From assembly GCA_035063585.1 (NCBI GenBank), contig JAPSGB010000006.1, forward strand, positions 64,001 to 128,000: 64,000 nt of DNA, in the 5' to 3' direction. Origin of the DNA: Polyangiaceae bacterium (lineage in GTDB: Bacteria > Myxococcota_A > Polyangia > Polyangiales > Polyangiaceae). Positions 19,532-29,454 of the stretch are shown here, piece after piece (position 1 is the stretch's first letter; each line of letters begins with the position of its first letter). The translations under genes were made by a program, and so were the position numbers. A model generated the notes under the pieces. That model made no database searches. It was given only the letters and a program-made list of their open reading frames with translations, and was not told the DNA's origin.

Positions 19532-20473
19532 TCAGTAGGTCAGCAGCTTCTCGAACGTGGTCGGGTCTGGAGGAGGGCCCATCGCGACGCAGAGGACCTT
19601 GTTGTTGGTCCAGTACACCTCTTCGTCGTAGCCGCCGCCCGTGACCGAGACCCGCACGCCGATCACGGCCTGCTGCTTGTCGTAGACCGTCTTGCGCTCG
19701 ATCTTCTGGCCTGATTTTCGTTTCGCCAGGGAGCTCGTCCAGAGGTTCTGGATCGCGTTACTAGCGCCGGACTTGGTCGAGAATGCGTAGAGGAGGTGGA
19801 CTACCTTCGTGCCGCCGGAGGAAACGTAGACCGCACCGATGTTGTCGACCACCCCCGCGGGGACCTCCTTGATCGGAGAGGTCCCGGCGAGCGAGTAGCC
19901 GCCGACGTCCTGCTTCAGGAGGCTGCGGAGCGAGCCGCTCTCAGGGACGCTGCTGGTGCCGTCGTCGGTGCCCGTCGTGCCGGAACTCGGGGCCCCGGAG
20001 CTGCTCGGTTCACCGAAGAGCCCGAAGAAGACGATGAGAACGACCACCAAGCCGACGGCGACCATGACGCCGAGGCAGCCCGCGATCCCGCATCCCCCGA
20101 GGAGCTTCATGCCGCCGGAGTCCTTCGCGGGCGGCGGAGGAGCGAGCGGAGCCGCGCCGGGCGGCATCGGGATCCCTCCCGCAGGCCCCGGATACCCTCC
20201 GCCCCCGGGCGGACCATACCCGGGCGGGGGCCCGCCGACGGGCGGCCCATAGCCGCCCCCGACCGGAGGCGCGTAGCCGGGCGGCGCGCCTGCGGGCTGC
20301 TGAAAGCCTCCGCCAGCCGGCGGCCCGTAACCTCCGCCCGCCGGCGGCCCGTAGCCTCCGCCAGCCGGCGCAGGGGCGGCGCCGGGCGGCTGCCCCAGCG
20401 TGGTGCCGCAGTTCGCGCAGAAGCGCGCTCCCGGCTCGAGCGCGCTGTGACATCGAGGACAGTGGCTCATCAC
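19532..20473 (-). CDS. Zinc-ribbon, Pro/Gly-rich single-pass membrane protein
   Basis: N-terminal [19 protein letters not shown] repeats, one TM segment, C-terminal extracytoplasmic domain; overlaps the upstream stop codon. Confidence 0.85.
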   Translation of the reverse strand: MMSHCPRCHSALEPGARFCANCGTTLGQPPGAAPAPAGGGYGPPAGGGYGPPAGGGFQQPAGAPPGYAPPVGGGYGPPVGGPPPGYGPPGGGGYPGPAGGIPMPPGAAPLAPPPPAKDSGGMKLLGGCGIAGCLGVMVAVGLVVVLIVFFGLFGEPSSSGAPSSGTTGTDDGTSSVPESGSLRSLLKQDVGGYSLAGTSPIKEVPAGVVDNIGAVYVSSGGTKVVHLLYAFSTKSGASNAIQNLWTSSLAKRKSGQKIERKTVYDKQQAVIGVRVSVTGGGYDEEVYWTNNKVLCVAMGPPPDPTTFEKLLTY

Positions 20474-21468
20474 GACTTCCCTCCCGGCCCGAGCGCGCTC
20501 CGACGTTCGACGAGCGCGGCGCGGATCTTCGCCACCTCGGTCTCGGTTCGAGCTCTCCTCGACGGTTCCGCTTCATCCGCGAGGCGCGACTTGGCGAAGG
20601 CGAGCTGGACCTGCGTGTTGTGCAGGGCCCTCGAGCTCAGGAGGCGCCCGAGTTGGAAGCCGAAGAACAGCTTCGCGTATGCCGCTTGACGCGCGAAGAC
20701 GCTCTTCAGGAGCAGCAGATCCTCGGCACTTACCGACCCCGTCTGGACTTCGTCGTCCAAGAACGTGCGAATCGCGCGGCGCTCGCTCGCCAAGGCATAA
20801 GCCGCGATGACGGCGAGCCCGAGGAGCGGCAAGAACAACGCGACATTCGCGCGGAGCGCCCCGAGATCGCCGAGCGAGTCGCCGCTTCGAAGCACGACGT
20901 AGGAACCCTCCGCCACGATCGCACCGAGCATCGCCAAGACGGGAAGAGCTCCTCGCGAGATCGGCGCCTTGGCCTCACTCGCTGCGCCGAAGCCCGCGCC
21001 GATGATGGCGCCGATGACGCCGTCGGAGAGCTTGGAGAGCGCGAGCTTCCCGAAGCCCGCGGCCACCGGCGCGGCGATCCCCGGGAGGCTCACGTTGGCA
21101 AAACTCAGCTCGCTCACCAACTGCTCACCCACACCGAAGCCGAGGCCGGCGCAGGTCCCGTACACGATGCCGTCCATCGTGCCGTTGAATTCCTCCCAAC
21201 CGCGCCGCTGACCGTAGAGCACCAGCACGCCCACGCCGGCTCCGATGGCGAGGAATTTTACCAGCTCCTTGCTGGCGGCGCCGAGCCATACATGAAGACC
21301 GAGGGTCGTCTGACCTACGGCCGTCGCGACCAGCGCGCCCCCCACCGCACCGAGAGCGAATTGCATCAGCATCGCCCACAGCGGCTCCTTCTCGTTCATG
21401 TCTACGAAGCGCACGACCAAAAAATAGAGGATCGTGAGCAGCAGCGTAGAGGTCAGCGTGGACGTCAT
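20470..21468 (-). CDS. PrsW-family membrane protein, probably catalytically degenerate
   Basis: DMNEKEP, KELVK, MDGIVYG..AGLGFGVGE; multiple TM segments. Confidence 0.8.
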   Translation of the reverse strand: MTSTLTSTLLLTILYFLVVRFVDMNEKEPLWAMLMQFALGAVGGALVATAVGQTTLGLHVWLGAASKELVKFLAIGAGVGVLVLYGQRRGWEEFNGTMDGIVYGTCAGLGFGVGEQLVSELSFANVSLPGIAAPVAAGFGKLALSKLSDGVIGAIIGAGFGAASEAKAPISRGALPVLAMLGAIVAEGSYVVLRSGDSLGDLGALRANVALFLPLLGLAVIAAYALASERRAIRTFLDDEVQTGSVSAEDLLLLKSVFARQAAYAKLFFGFQLGRLLSSRALHNTQVQLAFAKSRLADEAEPSRRARTETEVAKIRAALVERRSALGPGGKS

Positions 21469-21624
21469 CGGCGATACCCCATTCCCTTCACCGTCGGACC
21501 GACTCGAGACGCGAACGGCGCGATTACACTCCACCCCGTTCAGGTTTGACCAGCACATTCGGAGGGCGGCACACCGAATTCGCGGCGCCCTCCGCTTTCG
21601 ATCCGAAATCGGGCGGCGCGCCGC

Positions 21625-23532
21625 TCAGCCGCTCCCTCTCGCCGAGCGGGCGAGCGCGCCGACCAAGCGCCGCACCGCCGTCAAGTCGAATGGCTTCTCG
21701 AGGCGCGGGTTGGGAGAGCTGGCGAGAAACTCGGCCGCGCGCGGAGTGAACGCCCCGCCCGTCATGAAGACGACCCGTTTCTCGATGCCAGTGCCTCGTG
21801 CGGCGAGCTGCTGATGGAGCTCCATACCGCTCATGCCGGGCATCAGGAGATCGCAGAGCACCACATCGAAGGTCTCCCCGGAAGTCAGCAGCTCGAGGGC
21901 CTCGCGCGCGGAGGTCGAGACGCAGACCTCGTGCTCGTCGCTGAGCACCAGGCGGAGCATGGACGCGACCGGGAGCTCATCGTCGACGATGAGCACTCGC
22001 GCACGACCGGCCAGGCTCGGCGCGGGGGTGGTTCGGCGGCGCTCCGGCGCCACCGACGCGGAAGTGTCGACGGGCAGCGTGACTCGAAAGGTGGTCCCTC
22101 GCCCAAGCTCGCTACTTGCCGTGATCTCTCCGCCGAAACCCGCCACGATTCTCTGACAGATCGACAGGCCCAAACCGGTGCCGATCCCGGCGGGCTTGGT
22201 GGTGAAGAACGGCTCGAAGACGCGTGCGAGCGCCTCTGGCGCGATCCCCTCGCCATCGTCGGTGACCTCCACCGCGACGTGCTCGACTCCGGCCGAACGA
22301 ATCGCCACCCGCACCTCATGATGCTCCGCGCCGCCTTCGGGCAGGGCCTGCGCCGCGTTGATGAGCAGGTTCAAGAAGACCTGCTCGAGACGGGTCGCCT
22401 CGGCATGAACCGGGCGCACGGGGTCGAAGTCGCGTGTCAGCCGCGCGCGGCCGGAGAGCTGCGGACCCGCGACGCGGAGCGCAGAGGAGACCACCCGCTC
22501 GAGGTCCACCGGCCCGGTCTTCTCGGCGTCGGTTCGCGAGAACGCGCGCAAATCGCGCACGATCGTGCCGACCCGCTCGGCGCCGTGGCGCGCCTCTGCG
22601 AGCCGCTGGGCGAGATCCCGAAGTCGCTCCGGATCCTGCACGGCGCGTGGTACCTCGCGCATGACGTACTCGAGATTCAAGAGGACGTAGGCGAGCGGGT
22701 TATTGATCTCGTGCGCGACGCCCGCCGCCAGGGTGCCTACCGCGGTCAAGCGGGCAGCTTGGACGAGCTCAGCCTGGAGCGCCTGTCGCTCGCTCAAGTC
22801 GCGGCCGATGAAGAGCACGGCGTCCTCGCCACCCCACTCGATCTTCATGGTGATGACTTCCGCCGAGAATTGCCGGCCATCCCCGCGCGTCACCCGGACC
22901 TCGAACGGCGGTAGGCGCGCGCCTCCCTCGCGCACTTCCGCGGCATACTTGCGAACCCGCGCGAGGTCATCCGGGTGCAGGTGCTGCTCCGGTGAGACTC
23001 GCTCGGCGTCCCCACGCTCGTCGAGCATGCGCCGGAGCGCGTCGTTCACGTAGCTGAGGCCGCTGGCCGTGGAGACCGCGATGGCATCGGGAGCGGCGTC
23101 GATGAGCGCGCGGAATCGCGACTCGGAGTGCCGGAGCTTCTCCTCGACGACGCGCCGCTCGAGAGCGTCGTAGAAGAAGTCGACGCGGGCCGGGGCCCCG
23201 TCGATGAGCACGCTGCTCGAGGCGGCGGAGACCGGCCAGAGCGAGCCGTCCTTGCGCGGAAGCTCGACCTCTCGCGCGCCCGCTCGTCCTTCGGCGCTCA
23301 CTTGACCGATCAGCGCGGCGGCGGCGCGCTCCACGCCCTCGTCCGGCACCGTCTCTCCCGACTCGTAGCCGAGCAGCGCCCCCGCGGCGTGGTTGAGAAA
23401 TCGCGCGCGACGCTCGCGCCCGTCTCCGCTGGTGACCACGATCCCGATACCCGCGTACTCCGCGGCTCCGATGATCGCCCGCGCCATGTTGCTGAGCAGA
23501 GCCGGCGACGATGACTGACGGAGACTCCCCAC
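21625..23532 (-). CDS. PAS-domain hybrid sensor histidine kinase (PAS-PAS-HisKA-HATPase-REC)
   Basis: AGVAHEINNPL, QVFLNLLINA, DDGEGI, FEPFFTTK, GTGLGL; receiver VLIVDDE..CDLLMP..KPF; start GTG 23532 or ATG 23487. Confidence 0.95.
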   Translation of the reverse strand: MGSLRQSSSPALLSNMARAIIGAAEYAGIGIVVTSGDGRERRARFLNHAAGALLGYESGETVPDEGVERAAAALIGQVSAEGRAGAREVELPRKDGSLWPVSAASSSVLIDGAPARVDFFYDALERRVVEEKLRHSESRFRALIDAAPDAIAVSTASGLSYVNDALRRMLDERGDAERVSPEQHLHPDDLARVRKYAAEVREGGARLPPFEVRVTRGDGRQFSAEVITMKIEWGGEDAVLFIGRDLSERQALQAELVQAARLTAVGTLAAGVAHEINNPLAYVLLNLEYVMREVPRAVQDPERLRDLAQRLAEARHGAERVGTIVRDLRAFSRTDAEKTGPVDLERVVSSALRVAGPQLSGRARLTRDFDPVRPVHAEATRLEQVFLNLLINAAQALPEGGAEHHEVRVAIRSAGVEHVAVEVTDDGEGIAPEALARVFEPFFTTKPAGIGTGLGLSICQRIVAGFGGEITASSELGRGTTFRVTLPVDTSASVAPERRRTTPAPSLAGRARVLIVDDELPVASMLRLVLSDEHEVCVSTSAREALELLTSGETFDVVLCDLLMPGMSGMELHQQLAARGTGIEKRVVFMTGGAFTPRAAEFLASSPNPRLEKPFDLTAVRRLVGALARSARGSG

Positions 23533-23731
23533 GCGAGCGACTCTACCAGAACTTCGCCGCCTTCGGCGCGCGGCGCCGTAGAGCGGCTCCGGGGCCGCGC
23601 CGGAGGGCGTCCGAAGAGCGACGAACGCCCTCCTGCCGCGCCCTCCTCTCACCAGCACGCCGGCTGCGGTGCTCCGTCGTCTGCTTCGACGATCGGTCGA
23701 GCCCGTCGGTGGATGCGGATCGCGCCGGCTG

Positions 23732-25021
23732 CTACCGATCCGGGACGACGAACTCGGCGAGCTTCTTTCCGTCGGGAGTAAAGAACGCGATGAAGTGCGG
23801 AGCCACCTGGACGAGACGATCGGGTGTGACCCACAGGAGGCCGCCTCGGTTTACTGGCTGCGGAACCGACGGATACCCCCGGTAGTAGTCGGGGAGCCCC
23901 GCCGGGATCCCGGGCGTCGAGGCGGCGAACGCGGCGCGCAGGGCTCCCGATTTCGCGTCATGCACGCGAACCTCGCCGTCCTCCAGCAAGATCGCGACCG
24001 CATCGCCCGCGGGCGTGGGGGCGAGGGCGGACGTCTCGGGGATACTATGCGAGCGCCCGGGCAAGCGCGACGCGAGGTCGAGCGTTCTCACGAGCCGCCC
24101 GCCGCGCACGAGATCGACATGGCTCTCCGAGCGCTTGCCCGGACGCGGCTCACGTCCACCCTCGGTGTGCATCACGAAGAGCGAGCCGTCCGGGGCCCAG
24201 ACACCCGTCCGGGTGCGGGGTAACGAGGGCGTGACGGAGCCGATACGGCGGCCGTCATCACCATCGAAGAAGACGACCTCGTCGACGTTTGGAGCGATCG
24301 GGTGGCGTCGAGCGCAGGAGCGTCCGTCGCTTGACCAGTCCATCCCGAACGAGGCCGGAAGATCGCCCATGGGGACCTGATAGACGAGCTTGCCACGAAC
24401 GGGATCGAACGCCGCGATCCCGTTACCGACACGGCCGACCACTGCGCCGATGGCGGCATTCCACTCGATCTCCTCGAATGCAGGGGCTCCGATCATCGGG
24501 GAGAGATCGAACCGGCGATCACCCGGATGAAGCTCGAAGAGCGCGCCGGTGTCGGCGAAGATGCGATCGCCGACCCAGACGTAGCCGACCCCGCTGTCCC
24601 GTGTCTCGTCTGGAAAGGCGACCCCGACGAAGCGCGCATTCTCGAAGAGGCCGATCCCGTTCAGGCCCATGTTTGCCGCAAGGCGCCGGCCGTCCGGATG
24701 CCAGCGTAAGAGGTCCTTGTTCTCGCTCCAGCCGGCGCTGTCCCCTTCGCCGATCACCTGCGTCGCCGTGCGTATCGTTCCGAGCTCCGCATCGAAGACC
24801 AAGATGTAGGCTTCCCCGCTCGATGCCGGTCCCTGCTCGCTCTCGTCGCGCGCGTCGAGGGCGTCAGCAGTACATGCGGCAGCGAGCCAGGGGCGTGACG
24901 GGTGGATCGCGACGTTCTCGATCAAGCATCGACGGGGCCAGCGAGCGTTCGGTTGCACCGGCCAGCCTTCGTCTCGCGGGCTACCGTCGTCCGCGGCGCG
25001 CTGGGGCTTCTGCTCGCTCAT
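23732..25021 (-). CDS. Hypothetical beta-propeller (WD40/YVTN-like) protein
   Basis: Repeated WHPDGRRLA, WSSDGRS and WAPDGS blades; start uncertain (could extend to 25174). Confidence 0.65.
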   Translation of the reverse strand: MSEQKPQRAADDGSPRDEGWPVQPNARWPRRCLIENVAIHPSRPWLAAACTADALDARDESEQGPASSGEAYILVFDAELGTIRTATQVIGEGDSAGWSENKDLLRWHPDGRRLAANMGLNGIGLFENARFVGVAFPDETRDSGVGYVWVGDRIFADTGALFELHPGDRRFDLSPMIGAPAFEEIEWNAAIGAVVGRVGNGIAAFDPVRGKLVYQVPMGDLPASFGMDWSSDGRSCARRHPIAPNVDEVVFFDGDDGRRIGSVTPSLPRTRTGVWAPDGSLFVMHTEGGREPRPGKRSESHVDLVRGGRLVRTLDLASRLPGRSHSIPETSALAPTPAGDAVAILLEDGEVRVHDAKSGALRAAFAASTPGIPAGLPDYYRGYPSVPQPVNRGGLLWVTPDRLVQVAPHFIAFFTPDGKKLAEFVVPDR

Positions 25022-25315
25022 CGAGGGGCCCGTCAGCGGGGTCGCCGGGCGAGGGATTTCTGCGCGGCGGCAGGCGCCGAGCGGCGCCCCGGCGAGAGCG
25101 ATGGCGAGCGCGCGAGCGACCCGACACCATATCGAGTCAGGATTTCGGAGGTGTGGTCCGCGGTATCGTCGCAATGGGGCCCCTGAAGGTTCGCGCCGGC
25201 GGCGCTCATCGCAGCATCATGCTCGGCCAGGCCGCCGTCGTCGAGAGCCTCCGCCTCAGGCGTGGCAAGAGGGCTCGCGGCGAGCGCGTCTCCCCAAGGA
25301 TCGACGGTGCGGCTC

Positions 25316-25720
25316 GGGCTCGCGACCTCGCTCGACGAGCTGGGCGCGTCGGAGATCGTGAAGATGTACGGCCGTCGCTTCACGGTCGAGGAGACGTTCC
25401 GCGACGCGTACGGCCTGCACTTCCGGATGGGCCTGCGCGCGACGTACATCGGCACGGCCGAGCGCCGCGAGTCGGTTGCCGTTTCTGGCGGTACTCGGCC
25501 ACACCTTGCTCACGCTTCTCCGCGCAGCGAGCGAGGCCCCGAGGCCCCGCCGTGATCTCAAGGCGAACACCGCCAAGCGGCGCACCATGTCGCGCTATCG
25601 GCAGGGGCTCTACTGGTACGAGTGCATCCCCGACGTGCGCGCCGATTGGCTGCGCCGGCTGATGGCGGCTCACGACGAGAGCGTGGGCAATCATCCGTTC
25701 TTCAGCGCGTTCTTCGCGCC
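25316..25720 (+). pseudogene. IS4-family transposase C-terminal remnant
   Basis: LATSL..EIVKMYGRRFTVEETFRD (YREK-like motif) ..MGLRATYIG, frame change near 25475, then HTLLTLL..LKANTAKRRTMS..RQG..YECIP; no N-terminus. Confidence 0.75.
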
Positions 25721-25759
25721 GCGGGGCCGATCGATGAGCTCGGATAGAAGCGAGGCGAT

Positions 25760-25910
25760 GCGTGCGCAAGCTCCGCCGTTCCCATGTTCCTGCGCGCCTT
25801 GGTCACCGCTGCGGACGCGCTCACCCGCTCCCTCGGCTGCCTCGGCGAAGGCCCAGAGCCTCCACGGCTCGCTCCCCCGAGGAGGCCCCGGTTGGTCATC
25901 AGCCCCGCGC
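25760..25910 (+). mobile_element. Possible IS91-type (Y2) transposase C-terminal remnant
   Basis: MFLRALVT..LTRSLGCLGEGPEPPRLAPPR resembles the LGxPxEPPxxxPARGPP tail of these transposases; heavily degraded. Confidence 0.35.
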
Positions 25911-26183
25911 CACGGCAGAGACTCAGCAGCCTCGGCGGAGACTCCAACGGGCAGATGGAGAGGTTCGCGGGGTGGCGCGCCCTCGCCGCGGTCGCGTGAC
26001 ATGCGGATGTGCGTCTGGTCGCCTCTGCAGCGGCGACCAGGGCGGCTCAGCCGCGTGCGTCGATGACCTCGGATGCCGAACCGAGCCGCCTTCGGGCGTC
26101 GTTCGCCCCGGTCGAAGCCTTCCGCAGAGGACGTCCGCTCTTGCTCTCATCTCCGCGCCGACACGCTGCTACGCTGTGCGCGC

Positions 26184-26480
26184 GTGAGCGAGACGGGACT
26201 CCCCGACTGCGTCGCCCGGCTGCTCTGGGACATGGACGTCGAGCGGCTCGATCTGGACCGTGCCCGCAAGCTCATCATGGAGCGGGTGATGTCGCGCGGG
26301 GGCTGGGAGGCGATGAAGTGGCTGCGCGCGCGATCTTCGCGCGAGGAGCTGGCGGAGTATCTGCTGCGCCGCGGCGCGCTGCGGCTCAGCCCCCGCGATC
26401 TCGCGTACTGGGCGCTCGTGTGCGACCTGAACGTCGAGGTCGGCCCGGGCGGCGGCCGGCCGCCGTGGGCTGGGCCCTGA
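26184..26480 (+). CDS. DUF6922-like small protein (putative antitoxin partner)
   Basis: LLWDMDVERLDL..IMERVMSRG..KWL..LSPRDLAYW; directly upstream of a nucleotidyltransferase. Confidence 0.75.
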   Translation: MSETGLPDCVARLLWDMDVERLDLDRARKLIMERVMSRGGWEAMKWLRARSSREELAEYLLRRGALRLSPRDLAYWALVCDLNVEVGPGGGRPPWAGP

Positions 26481-26822
26481 AGGGGATCACCGCCGAGCAG
26501 CTCGCCGTGCTGAGCCGCCTCGGCCCCGCGCTGGAGCCGGACACCTACCTGGCAGGCGATGTCGGTGTGGCGATGATAGTGGGCCATGGTCGCTCGAATG
26601 ACCTGGATCTGTTCGTGCCGCGTGAGTTCGACGCCGCGAGGCTCGAAGAGCGGATCGCGGCCGTCGTGCAGGGTGCGAAGGTCGTCGGGCGCGCGCGGCA
26701 CGCTGCACCTCGAAGTGGACGCGACCCCCGTCAGCATCTTGTCGTATCGATACGGTGCGGTTTCGCCCGTGACCGAAGATGCGGCCCTGCCCGTGCCCCG
26801 GGCCTCGCCGGAGGACGTGCTC
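26465..26822 (+). pseudogene. AbiEii-like nucleotidyltransferase toxin, frameshifted and truncated
   Basis: YLAGDVGVA..GHGRSNDLDLF (degenerate GGTA..HRxSxDLD); frameshift near 26697 into GTLHLEVDATPVSILSYRY..ASPED; homology then lost. Confidence 0.75.
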
Positions 26823-26829
26823 AGACCAT

Positions 26830-27195
26830 CAGACGGGCGTTTACAACTGCGGGAGCTGCGGCAACGTGTGCCTGGCGGTCGACTTCCGCACGTGCGTGTC
26901 GGGGGTCTGCGTCTGCGACGCCGGAAAGAGCGACTGCGGGCAGCCAGGCTGCGTCGACCTCACGACGAACGAGAAGCATTGTGGCGCATGCAGGCAACGC
27001 CTGCGGCGCGGGGTTCGTCTGCGCGGGGGGACAGTGCCTCGGAAGAACGTGCACTTCACCGACGCCAGCACTGGCACGGTGAACGCCGTGCCGAAGGCGG
27101 GCGGCGCGATCGCGGTGCTCGGGGCGCCGATCGCGTCGGATGGCCAATACCTCTACGACGTCAACGGCGCGAAGCTCGTGCGCGCTCAACGGTAG
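26830..27195 (+). pseudogene. Fragments of a myxobacterial Cys-repeat secreted protein
   Basis: NCGSCGNVC, CVDLTTNEKHCGAC, then after a frameshift GNACGAGFVC..GQC; then VHFTD..GTVNAVPKAGG; no start or signal peptide. Confidence 0.6.
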
Positions 27196-27467
27196 CCCAC
27201 CTGCCCTCGCTGCTCACGCCCTACCTCATGCACAGCCTTCTACGACAGTTCATCGAAGCGTTCGGCGCGGCCGGTAGTCTCCGGATTCGACGTCACGCCC
27301 AGGTTGCGGTAAACCCGCGGCGGTCGTTGGGCGCACCCACCCGGAACCATGATCCTGGCGTTCAGTGCATCCCTGAGGGTGGCGAGTGGCAGCGGCTGCT
27401 CGTCGCAAACCACGCCGCGCGACGGCGACCGGCAAGGGCACGCGCGGCCGCCTGAGGAAGCGCAGCC

Positions 27468-28109
27468 ATGATGTGGCTGCCGGTGGGGATCACGCTGGTG
27501 GTGATGCTCATCGTCGCGGCAGCCTTCCTGAGCCAGGGGCGCAGCAATTGGGACTTGGGAGACCTGTCCCTGGTGCTGGTCATATCGGTGTACGTCACCG
27601 GGCTCAGCATCGGGTTTCTCGTCACGGCGTTCGCCTCGCCCACGCTCGAGACCTGGCCGTGGGCCATCGGCGTGCGCGCCGCTTGGCAGCTCGGCGGTAC
27701 GCTGCTCGTCCTCGCCCATATCTGGCGCTCCAAGGGCATGAGTTGGCGTCGCGGCGGCCGTCCCGCGTGGGCGTTGGCAGGTATCGCCTCCGCGCTGGGG
27801 CTCGCAGCCGCGTACAACCCCGTCCGCGATCTCGTGGCCGGTCCGGCCGTGTTGCGCGTGACCGACTTTGACGTGGCGCACGTGCGCGCGGTCTACCGCC
27901 GGGGCGGGCCGGGAGAGAGCATCTTCGCCACCATGCAGGCGAGCAGTCCCGATGGACGACCGCGCACGCTCGACTTGGCGGGCTGGGGCGCGAACACGGC
28001 AGAAGAGATGCTCGGTCAATGTGAGTCCCCGGTCGGGGCCACCGTGACCGTGCTCGCGCATGTGGAACGGGTGCTCGAGGTGCGTTGCCCTGACGGAGCG
28101 AACGAATAG
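27468..28109 (+). CDS. Hypothetical membrane protein
   Basis: Four hydrophobic segments followed by a small beta-rich domain. Confidence 0.6.
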   Translation: MMWLPVGITLVVMLIVAAAFLSQGRSNWDLGDLSLVLVISVYVTGLSIGFLVTAFASPTLETWPWAIGVRAAWQLGGTLLVLAHIWRSKGMSWRRGGRPAWALAGIASALGLAAAYNPVRDLVAGPAVLRVTDFDVAHVRAVYRRGGPGESIFATMQASSPDGRPRTLDLAGWGANTAEEMLGQCESPVGATVTVLAHVERVLEVRCPDGANE

Positions 28110-28502
28110 GGCACGGTGCCTGCTGCCGAGGGACACGCGTGCCCATCCGAACGCGATCGCCCGCGACCGGCAAGCGTAGTTCCAGCCCCCTTGATGAGCC
28201 CTTCCATAGCGGCTCCGCCGCGCGTGTGGCTCGGCGCGGGCTCCAAGCGTCCCGCACCGGAGGGATCGCCCGCGATGCTTCGCATCGAGCTAGCGCCAAT
28301 CGCCGACCTCGATGCTGAAGTAGGCTTCGTGCGGCCCGCAGCTAGCGTGGGATGGTTCAGGTAGGCGGCGCTCGATGAGCGCGGCCCGGAGGGCGTCGGG
28401 GCGAGGGCGCGGTCGTTGCTCGCGCTGGTCGTCTCGCGGAGCTTCCTCTTCTTGCCGCGGCGCCTGGTGGCGCGCGACGCTCGCCTGGTCTAGAACGCGG
28501 GC

Positions 28503-29174
28503 GTGAAGCTCACCCAGGCCGCGCAGCTCGCCTTCGTGCTGGTCGCGGCCGTGACCGTCTACTCGTTCGTCTCGACGGCGCGCGACGGCGAGCGGCGCCG
28601 CATCTGCACGCCGCTCTGTGCGCTGTCACCGACCTACGCGGGCGTGAACCGCACGGCACCCGATTTCGAGCTCACCTCGACCGATGGGGTCAAGGTTGCG
28701 CTCTCGAGCTATCGCGGCAAGGTCGTGCTCCTGAACTTCTGGACCAAGACCTGCGGCCCCTGCTTGAAGGAGCTGCCCTCCCTCGCCGAGCTCGGGCAGA
28801 TCCTGCGGAAGCGCGACGACATCGCGCTGCTCACGGTCTCCACGGACGAGAGCGCCGAGGACGTTCGCGCGACGCTCGCTTCGGTGCTCGGCTCCGAGCG
28901 GCCCGCGTTCGTGACGCTGGTGGATCCGGACGCCGCCGTGGTGCGAGAGCGCTTCGGAACGCGTCTATACCCGGAGACGTGGTTCATCGACGGCGAGGGC
29001 GTGATTCGAGCCCGAATCGACGGCGCGCGCGACTGGACGTCCGCGGCGGCGGTCGAGTTCGCCAAGAGCCTGAGGGATCCGCAGGCGTGCTCCATCGAGT
29101 ACTCGCGCGGCTCACCGGTCGGTGCCTTCGCCAGCCTGTGCCAGGACTACGGCGGTCAGCGGGGAGCACCATGA
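28503..29174 (+). CDS. TlpA/ResA-family thiol-disulfide oxidoreductase
   Basis: N-terminal TM, APDFEL, GKVVLLNFWTKTCGPC, YPETWFID. Confidence 0.9.
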   Translation: MKLTQAAQLAFVLVAAVTVYSFVSTARDGERRRICTPLCALSPTYAGVNRTAPDFELTSTDGVKVALSSYRGKVVLLNFWTKTCGPCLKELPSLAELGQILRKRDDIALLTVSTDESAEDVRATLASVLGSERPAFVTLVDPDAAVVRERFGTRLYPETWFIDGEGVIRARIDGARDWTSAAAVEFAKSLRDPQACSIEYSRGSPVGAFASLCQDYGGQRGAP

Positions 29175-29434
29175 AGACCATCGTCTGCCGCTGCGAAGAC
29201 GTGAGCCTCGACGAGCTCGAGCATGCGATCGAGCTCGGGTACACGGACATCGAGTCGCTCAAACGCTACACGGGGTTCGGGACGGGCTGGTGCCAGGGCA
29301 AGAGCTGCCTCGCGCAGTGCGCCCGCGAGCTGGCGGCGCGCGGCGGAGATCCCGCGCAAGGGTTCACCCCCCGACCGCCGTACCATCCGGCCACGTTGGC
29401 GGAGCTCGCGGGACTCGATCCGGACTGGGAGTGA
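29171..29434 (+). CDS. BFD-like [2Fe-2S]-binding protein
   Basis: MKTIVCRCEDV..LKRYTGFGTGWCQGKSC..TPRPP; ATGA overlap with the TlpA gene. Confidence 0.88.
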   Translation: MKTIVCRCEDVSLDELEHAIELGYTDIESLKRYTGFGTGWCQGKSCLAQCARELAARGGDPAQGFTPRPPYHPATLAELAGLDPDWE

Positions 29435-29454
29435 GCGCCCCCGCGCGAGGGATG

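Noticed and set aside
21560..21608. 9-bp hairpin plus a small hairpin between the kinase and PrsW-like genes as a terminator or riboswitch
   Set aside because: No U-tract on the transcribed minus strand and no recognisable aptamer; short GC stems are common here
28110..28500. Possible small gene or ncRNA at the right edge of the decayed patch
   Set aside because: Only short interrupted frames with no recognisable motif or convincing structure
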